From Octopus bimaculoides (Eukaryota): a DNA stretch of 47,391 nucleotides. Below, in pieces: positions 38,322 through 47,391 of the stretch (positions are counted from its first letter, which is position 1; every line of letters begins with the position of its first letter). The stretch spans positions 90,641,277-90,688,667 of the forward strand of contig NC_068985.1 of assembly GCF_001194135.2 (NCBI RefSeq), written 5' to 3'. Under the pieces are notes generated by a model. That model saw only the letters and a list, made by a program, of their open reading frames with translations. It was not told where the DNA came from and did no database searches. A program made the position numbers and the translations under genes.

Positions 38322-40589
38322 TGTTGGTCACACGATATACGTTAGTTGTATATGTATTAATAACATAACTGATTTCAAATCATTTATTCCCCGCACCCCC
38401 CCCAAAAAAAACAGGAAAGAAACACAATTTTTAAATACGTATTATTCAGCATATTTACTTTTCAATACATCACACCATGTAGACACGATAATAATATTAT
38501 ATTTTCGGCGACCTATTGTAACATTGAAGTAGTATTTCATAGATCTACAAACGGGTAGCTGATTTCTCTTTCTAAAAAATGTGTTATAAGGTAAATACAT
38601 AAATATATTTTACTAATACAAGCTGTCACTGTACGGTAAACTAAAGGAAGTTGTAGAAAAGAAATTACTCAAAAAGCTTTATTTACTTAGGTTGCCATGC
38701 AAATCTGTCTACCTGATCAGACGGGCTCCATTCACAGCAGTAATAAGATTCCTGCTCGTTAAGCAAGAAATATTGAAATCACACAAACATTCCAACGTAG
38801 AAATATACGATTATCGCATGCGTCACGTGAGATCAATATGCTGACCGTTGGCACGCGAATGCTAAGAATAATGAACGGATATACTAATATAGTTCGCCAG
38901 GTTTTGACACGAGATAGTTGATTGCAGTAGATTGTATCAAATACACTTTGACGTATCTATCAGTTGCAAGGACAAGTTGTGTTGCATGACCGTCTATTTT
39001 TGTATAATGAATTCAACTTTCTTTGTTATACAAGTAATGTGACAATTGATAAAAAGTTAAAAGAAACAGTTTGATGTAAGCATGTTATTCTCTGTTCACT
39101 TTGTATTTTTAACATATGAAAGAAATTCACAATGTTTGTAGAAGGTGTCAAGAATACACACATATACATACATACACACAAACACACAAACTTACAAACA
39201 AACACATACATACTTGCATAATGCATATATATATGTGTATGTGTGCATATATATATATATATATATATANNNNNNNNNNGTGTGTGTTTGCTACTGTACT
39301 TTCATCATCTTCAGAACTTGAAATGAAATGGGAATAAAATGTAAATATATTTCTCCAGAGTTGTAACATTACCAACGATATTAGGAAGAATACCGAGGCG
39401 TAAGTATGGGGAAATGTATGAATGTTTGACAATGTTATCACATCATAACACGCAGAGAGGCTTTTTAATGATTCGGAAGTAGTAACGGCCATTGGCCGTT
39501 ACAAAGCCACGTGTGTACTTTCAAACCGGTTTAGAATTATATGTACCTAAGTGTTTGTCTGTCACATTGTGTTTGTGTGTACGTTACAGTATGTAACTGT
39601 GCGCTTATAAATATAGATATGTGCGTGTGTGAATCTGTGTGCATATATTCATTCAAAATTTTCCAGTAGATCTCTGTCAACATCTGTACGTGAGTGAAGC
39701 AAATCCATCAAAATTATAAATTGTACTTAAAGTAATTTACTCTAAAATAGAAGTGCAACTAATGCAAAATGCGCTACACTGTGAAAATATTAAATATTAC
39801 CATTGCAAAGAACAATGTATCTATCTACATACCTAACTGAATGCCTATGTATTTGTATGTATGCATATACGTGCATGCATATATATATATATATATANNN
39901 NNNNNNNNNNNNNNNNNNNNNNNNNNNNNNNNNNNNNNNNNNNNNNNNNNNNNNNNNNNNNNNNNNNNNNNNNNNNNNNNNNNNNNNNNNNNNNNNNNNN
40001 NNNNNNNNNNNNNNNNNNNNNNNNNNNNNNNNNNNNNNNNNNNNNNNNNNNNNNNNNNNNNNNNNNNNNNNNNNNNNNNNNNNNNNNNNNNNNNNNNNNN
40101 NNNNNNNNNNNNNNNNNNNNNNNNNNNNNNNNNNNNNNNNNNNNNNNNNNNNNNNNNNNNNNNNNNNNNNNNNNNNNNNNNNNNNNNNNNNNNNNNNNNN
40201 NNNNNNNNNNNNNNNNNNNNNNNNNNNNNNNNNNNNNNNNNNNNNNNNNNNNNNNNNNNNNNNNNNNNNNNNNNNNNNNNNNNNNNNNNNNNNNNNNNNN
40301 NNNNNNNNNNNNNNNNNNNNNNNNNNNNNNNNNNNNNNNNNNNNNNNNNNNNNNNNNNNNNNNNNNNNNNNNNNNNNNNNNNNNNNNNNNNNNNNNNNNN
40401 NNNNNTATATATGGAGAGATGTTTTCTCAAAGAGTTTAGATGGAGAAAAAAATCCTTTCTAGAAAGTCGAAAGACACTAACATTTGGGAAAAGATTTTGC
40501 AAAATGTGTGTGGGCTTTACTTTTAAAGACGTGCAAGCGCTTTCAGTTCTTAACGTTTTCAAGCTTGTGCTATTGCATATAGTGAAAGT

Positions 40590-41420
40590 TGTTTTCAGTA
40601 AAACTAACTATATCCGATTTACTTGCGGACTCAGAAATCTTCTATACTTGTTGAACAGTGTCCATTGGGCATTTTTTTTCCATATTGTCATGACGTCTCT
40701 TATGTTCTTTCATGGTTAGTGGCGTAAATTGACTGGAAACATGCCACACAGTTTCACCATTTTGTTCACAAATTCTGCACTTATCACTTTCTGATGTGTT
40801 GTTTATTCTGTATTTGATGTAATTGTGTCTTAATATTTGTTCTTGGGCAGCACATATTAGGGCCTCCGTTTCCCGTAATAAATCACTGTTATTCATCCAT
40901 AGCCATTTTCTCTCTGTGTATCTTATCGTCAACATCCCTATGAAGTTGCTCATGCATTCCTTTCTGTATCCACCTAGTTTCAGTTTCAATCTAACCCAAG
41001 TGCTTGTACAATGTTTCATCTTTGCAATAGTCCATAGTACACAAGCCTAATTTTCTTAGGTCCAAGATTAGCGGTTTTGTCACACTTTTTTCATACCATG
41101 CTAGGCTGTTTTCCTTCTGTTCTAATACTGTGTCTGCATCCAATCAGTCCTCTTTTCCCCTCTATTTGTCGCTTTATACAGTCTGTATGTGTCACATTTT
41201 GGATAGAGTATCCAATATTTAGACAGAAACTTCCTAATCGTTTTCTCTTAACTGTTTAGTTCGTCTAATATTCATGCGATTAGCCCCCGCTCCATATCTA
41301 CGGAGTGAAACCGCCCGGGTGTTGATATATTTAATCTTATTCCGTCCGTTTATTTTCGACTTAATGATCTGTCTCAGTCTGCGCAAGTACTCAACCTCAA
41401 ATTTTCTAACCTTTTTTTTA
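40590..41420 (-). mobile_element. 5'-truncated R4/Dong-clade (RLE-type) non-LTR retrotransposon relic
   Basis: Minus-strand frames: KFEVEYLRRLRQIIKSKINGRNKIKYINTRAVSLRRYGAG; ILYPKCDTYRLYK..RGLI; WLWMNNSDLLRETEALICAAQEQILRHNYIKYRINNTSESDKCRICEQNGETVWHVSSQ..KRRHDN (CCHC zinc-knuckle region, second C lost). These are characteristic of the post-RT region of R4/Dong ORFs. Confidence 0.88.
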
Positions 41421-41422
41421 TA

Positions 41423-41496
<74 letters not shown>
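41423..41496. repeat. (ATT)n microsatellite, ~24 units
   Basis: Read directly; abuts the 5' break of the R4/Dong relic. Confidence 0.98.
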
Positions 41497-41497
<1 letters not shown>

Positions 41498-44400
41498 GTT
41501 TTTATTATTGCTGTTGTTGTCGTTATTTTTTTATATTTGCGAGCTTGAACTTTTCTGTATTATATAAAAACAACTCACAGAAGAACGAACACAGACGCTG
41601 CGACTTATTATTATCTGATATACTATATGGAGCATAACATTACAGGAAGACGGACTGTGTTAGAATGTGCAACAAAACATGAAGCACAGAAAACTGTTGC
41701 AATATATCTTCCTCTATTTAAATGAAAATTGCCTCAAAAACGTACAACAGTATGCCCGGGGATCAGAACGAAAATTATTACATTACAAAACACAGGAAAT
41801 TATTCCAAACCGTGTACGCACATGATAATCAATCGGGCATGGACAGGGACACAACAAACTCTTGTTGATATAATATTACATCCGGATAGCAAAGGAGATC
41901 TCAGTTGATAATATAAGCTAGTCATTATTTAAACCAGTTACCCCGAGGTCATGTGATCAATATGATTCTTCTTCCTAGCTGACACGTAAAAGAAAATTAT
42001 ACGATTTTTGACATGATTGCAACCGAACAATTCTTATAAAGAAAATGCAATTTAGAGCTTAACTTAAACGTGGGCTCGAAAAGAACAGACGACGAGATAC
42101 TTGTGTCTATGAAGCGCACCAAATACCTATTTGAACAAAGAACAATATTACATGTTGAGACATATAATTTACTTATTCGCGCCAACAAATGCAAGACGCA
42201 GATGTAGGTACACATTTAAATTTGCTGCATTTATGTCTGTACAAACAAGAGATTCCAAAAGGAGCAGCAAGATAAATATTAATATTCGTAAATGGGAATG
42301 TTATATTATATAGATACATACATACGTACCTATATCTATCTATATGGGTGTGTGTGTGCGTGCGCTCGCAAGTGGGTACGTGTGTATAGATAAATGCATG
42401 TATAAGAGGTACTATAAAGCATAAGCACTTTCTATATAAATTAAATTTGAATGTAGAGTAATTGTCATAATTTCCAGAGGAGATACAATTATATATTAGA
42501 AGAGCATGGGACACGTGTTCAGCTTGAACTATCTCCAAACTTTGTTTACAAAGACAACTACGAACTAATATGGTTCTTAAATTTGACAAAAAGAGGGGGG
42601 CTAATTCGCTGTTCTAATAGTAACTCTATTAGTAGCTTTGACAAAGGGGTGTGGGTTCGATTCCCACGCCGATAGGAATAACCTGCATTTTTCTGTCGAA
42701 GGCCTATATGCCTCATTGTTAGACTATTTATCTTCGTCATTATATACGATTTAATCTTATATAGATATCAATATATATATATATATATATATATANNNNN
42801 NNNNNNNNNNNNNNNNNNNNNNNNNNNNNNNNNNNNNNNNNNNNNNNNNNNNNNNNNNNNNNNNNNNNNNNNNNNNNNNNNNNNNNNNNNNNNNNNNNNN
42901 NNNNNNNNNNNNNNNNNNNNNNNNNNNNNNNNNNNNNNNNNNNNNNNNNNNNNNNNNNNNNNNNNNNNNNNNNNNNNNNNNNNNNNNNNNNNNNNNNNNN
43001 NNNNNNNNNNNNNNNNNNNNNNNNNNNNNNNNNNNNNNNNNNNNNNNNNNNNNNNNNNNNNNNNNNNNNNNNNNNNNNNNNNNNNNNNNNNNNNNNNNNN
43101 NNNNNNNNNNNNNNNNNNNNNNNNNNNNNNNNNNNNNNNNNNNNNNNNNNNNNNNNNNNNNNNNNNNNNNNNNNNNNNNNNNNNNNNNNNNNNNNNNNNN
43201 NNNNNNNNNNNNNNNNNNNNNNNNNNNNNNNNNNNNNNNNNNNNNNNNNNNNNNNNNNNNNNNNNNNNNNNNNNNNNNNNNNNNNNNNNNNNNNNNNNNN
43301 NNNNNNNNNNNNNNNNNNNNNNNNNNNNNNNNNNNNNNNNNNNNNNNNNNNNNNNNNNNNNNNNNNNNNNNNNNNNNNNNNNNNNNNNNNNNNNNNNNNN
43401 NNNNNNNNNNNNNNNNNNNNNNNNNNNNNNNNNNNNNNNNNNNNNNNNNNNNNNNNNNNNNNNNNNNNNNNNNNNNNNNNNNNNNNNNNNNNNNNNNNNN
43501 NNNNNNNNNNNNNNNNNNNNNNNNNNNNNNNNNNNNNNNNNNNNNNNNNNNNNNNNNNNNNNNNNNNNNNNNNNNNNNNNNNNNNNNNNNNNNNNNNNNN
43601 NNNNNNNNNNNNNNNNNNNNNNNNNNNNNNNNNNNNNNNNNNNNNNNNNNNNNNNNNNNNNNNNNNNNNNNNNNNNNNNNNNNATATAGATATATATATA
43701 TATGTATGTATGTATATATATGTGTGTGTGTATATAGCCTTGAAGCCGCCTTTTAGGCGGCATTCTATCTGGCCCCTGCGCAGGGCGTCGTTGAGACATT
43801 CAACCCCATTGTTGGACCACTAATCGGCCCTCTACACTTGAGTAATGATAATTATTTCTGGAAATGTGCTAAGTACTTATGCTGATCCTAATTTAATCAA
43901 TAAGCGTAGGAGCGAGGTAAATGCATTAAAATTAGAAGTGTCTGTGGAGCCCTATTGTGGCGGTTCTTCAGCAATTGAAACTTCCTACAATACTCTCTCA
44001 GAGTTCATCAAATTCATGTTAGTCGCCAATCACATGTATTTAGTTAAAAATAGAATAATAATAGGAGGTCAGTGGGGCCCCAGTTAGGCGGCCCGTAAAA
44101 ATAGACCTCCTCAGGACCGTAGGTGTGTATTGCTGGTCTGATTAAACTGCTCCCATACCAATGGTATAGGAGCAGTTAACGAACATAAAAACGTAGAGTA
44201 CAGAGAAACATCACTCAGTTTTATATTAAAATATCCTTGCAATTTGTTTACATTAAATATCTACTGGCGTGCTTCGGCATAGAATTAAGAAATCTTTCAT
44301 GGAGATTTAAGAGAATAATACTAAACAAGCAACAACTAATTATCCACAAAACCTGAACCAGATGCTAGAAGGACTCTTAGAACATACGCTGGCAATAAAG

Positions 44401-45029
44401 ATCCTAAATATGGAATAATATTTATGACAATCAGGTACGGGCAAAACGGATTATAATTATCGCAGATACTGGAACGACTCGGTTGCATTATAATGTAAAT
44501 ACAATACAGGATCACAATGTAATATACATGGACGAAAAGTGTCGTAGTATAATAAATTGGTGAAATTACAGATGAGCAGTGGCTATTCATTAGATGTTTT
44601 AATAGAACTATGAGCTCTAAGATCTTCTAACTTCAAGAAACCGTAATTGGCAGCGCAAGAGGAGGCTAGAATAAATACCTACTACTACCAGGTTCATTGA
44701 ATAAAGTAACTTGGATGTTGTCAGTTCAATAATATGTAACTGATAACAAACAAAACGAACTTTATTCGCTGTTTCTTACGTGGCGTTGTTCTAATCCCCT
44801 TTCGAATAAATGTGGTTCTCCTTTTCTCTTTTATTGATTTTTGTCTCTTCCCTGTGTTTACATCTACTAGCGTTCAAAAAATATTATTTTTTTCTATCGT
44901 CTTGGCCTAACAGCCCTTATTGTTTGTTTTTACTGTCTCACTGTCCTGTTCTTGTTAACACTTTCACCCTCCGCAAAAAATTCCAAATTTTATTTAATTT
45001 GCATTGCGGAAGGAGTGTTCCAACGAAGT

Positions 45030-45290
45030 CGCGTATTGTCCTTGTCATCGGAACGCGGAGTAGATGGAGCAGGGACAACTGATGAAGGGAAATATTCTTT
45101 ATGTTGCGTGTCTCGTCTCTCTGTTTTTGTTTCTGTTGTTCAAAACAAATTTCGTTTTCTGTTTTTGTTTCTCATTGTGCTTCACGTTTTTTTTTTTGTG
45201 TGATGTACTGTACCAATATATGCATGTATGTATACATATAGATGTAGGTATGTACATATATTATGTATATATACATACATGCATACCCAC
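45030..45290 (+). repeat. Second copy of the dispersed repeat with CTGATGAAG core
   Basis: See 37661-37860. Confidence 0.6.
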
Positions 45291-45344
45291 ATACATATAT
45301 TTCTACATACACACACACACACACGCATATAAACACACACACAC

Positions 45345-45375
<31 letters not shown>

Positions 45376-47207
45376 CGTATTTGTGTAGTAAAACAGCTTT
45401 GATTACTGTATGTATGGCAAACATGTATATTAAAACCTGGAATGCAAAAATGTTAGTATAAAGGCAAATCTAAAAAGGCACAAATGTGAAGAAAGTTTCA
45501 AGATATTTTTCTATTTCTTTTGAAGTGAAGTCTTTCAATTTTTATGACACATTTAGCAATTGATTTACTCGACAGTTAATCTTAAGAAAATATAATTAGT
45601 CATATATATATTAGAAAATTTGTTACGCGTACAAGATTTCCGATATTTTAGTATACCAGCTTACTAATGTAGACCGAATTAGTTGGTAACTTATGTTCAA
45701 GGACACTTAATACACAGACCTAAAAAAGCGCCTATTTCCGTGTTTTTGTGTGTATTTTTAAATCTCTTTCACCTTTATTATATTAATTTATTCTTTTATT
45801 GTACAGCTTAACACACAGGGTATTTCGAAAGGTTACATAATTTTGTGACCCTGCCATTTTAATATTTTGGTCGCGGAATTTATCTCTCGAACAATCTCAA
45901 GAAGATTTTTGATATAAACCTAAGTGTACGAGAGATGTCTCCTAGATTTTAGAGTAGTTTGATTAGAGGCATGCGCAAAGTTATCGCCCCTTGAATCATA
46001 TCGCAACACGTACTAGTTAAAAATAAAATTTGCATATATTTAAGCTACGAGTTTCAACTATCTTCTTTCCACGAAAATCCTTCTTTCTGTCTGTCTCTGT
46101 CTCTCTCTACCTTTCACTCTCTCTATCACCATATATATATATACACATATATACATATATACATATATAAATATACATACATATATAAATATATATNNNN
46201 NNNNNNNNNNNNNNNNNNNNNNNNNNNNNNTATGTATGTATGTATGTATATTTATATATATATATACACGCACACTCATGTGAGTGTGTTGCTTGTGCGT
46301 GCATGCATTTGTATTTATATAGGTGTATATCTATTAAAGCTCAGAAAATATACTATTACGGTGTCATTCACACATAAGAAACCTCACTGAAATTAAGTAA
46401 ATTGATTTACAAGTAGCAAATGTCATTCGTATATATCACATTTCACTGTGGACCAGAAAGGTTGGATCGGCTGAACAATCATTTAAAAGGAATTCACACT
46501 CGTGTCATTCATAATATGAATTATACTTAACTGACTTCTGCAAAATTATATTTATGCCATGAATATAAATCTTAGCACACTTCTGTGACTATCTTAACAA
46601 ACGTGATAACAAGTACATAATTTTTTTTTGGATACCACGTATATTCGCTGCTAAGATGTTTTAGTTCCCGTTTCGTTATCTTTACTACCAATATCAGAAA
46701 TTTTAAAGTTATCAAATCTATTCATTGAAAGTACCTACCAAACATTTGTTGAATATTCACCTGGGTGTAACAGGTTTAATAAAGCGAGAAGTCAAATATA
46801 TTGATGATCAGATTGTAACACAATTGATGGAATTTTTATGTCTAGTTTGAAACTGTATACATGAGATGCATTTACGACTACGCTTTGTATGAGATTGATA
46901 TTAGGCTGCAAGGTAAAATGTCTGGTGGTATATGATGTAGGTTTCAGCGCTTCGCGTCAGATTGATTGAAGTAAAATTTGACAAAAAATATAAAAAGTAC
47001 TAATGCAGGTCAGTGGATCGGCAAAACAACATGGTCTCCTTTTCGCATTTCTGTATTTTAGCTTCAACTTTCTTCCGAGTTAAAACATTCCGTATTTTCA
47101 CACACTCACCTTCCAAATTTCTCGTGCCAATCCATAACCACACCCATTGACTTCAAATGCACGGTTGCTTACCGATCTTATAACAAATATGCATATTCAC
47201 CGACGGA

Positions 47208-47296
47208 CGGCACACCTAGTATGCTTCCGCACTTCGCATTTACGCTCAGCGGCACACTAATCTATGCACACGCACAATGGTTCGCATTTAGTCTCT
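47208..47296. repeat. Diverged tandem duplication, 2 x ~42-47 bp
   Basis: CGGCACAC..TATGC..CGCAC..TTCGCATTTA recurs at 47208 and 47250. Confidence 0.7.
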
Positions 47297-47391
47297 CTAC
47301 TAGCCAGAGATGAACCCCTATATATATACACACTCGCACATACACGCACACACGCACCCCCCCACATATATATATATATATATATATATAT

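Noticed and set aside
43745-43775. Helitron 3' end (hairpin followed by CTGG)
   Set aside because: The CTRR is followed by C rather than T, and no 5' TC end or RepHel sequence is identifiable.
45803-46010. Tc1-like MITE starting ACAGGGTATTTC
   Set aside because: No matching inverted right end found.

Overview
AT-rich eukaryotic, apparently non-coding (intronic or intergenic) scaffold sequence with 14 N-gaps, most of them next to (TA)n/(CA)n/(ATGT)n microsatellites. The SINE families and microsatellite style resemble coleoid cephalopod (Octopus-like) DNA; this is recalled resemblance, not a database match. No host protein-coding gene, rRNA, intact tRNA or CRISPR array is supported, and nearly all listed ORFs are microsatellite- or N-driven artefacts. 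The window is a transposon graveyard. It holds an internally deleted mariner with both TIRs (7275-8262) and a ~215-bp MITE with the same ends (35074-35290). It also holds a Buster/Charlie-type hAT transposase relic (20269-21750), a CR1-type RT fragment (33535-33870), an R4/Dong-type retroelement fragment abutting (TAA)n (40590-41420), weaker RTE-, L2- and L1/Tx1-like relics, and about 14 tRNA-derived SINE copies. The least explained structures are an unclassified element with ~240-bp terminal inverted repeats (13005-15666) and several degenerate hammerhead-ribozyme-core motifs (CTGAnGA / GAAAC) in dispersed repeats. All translations and alignments were done by eye.
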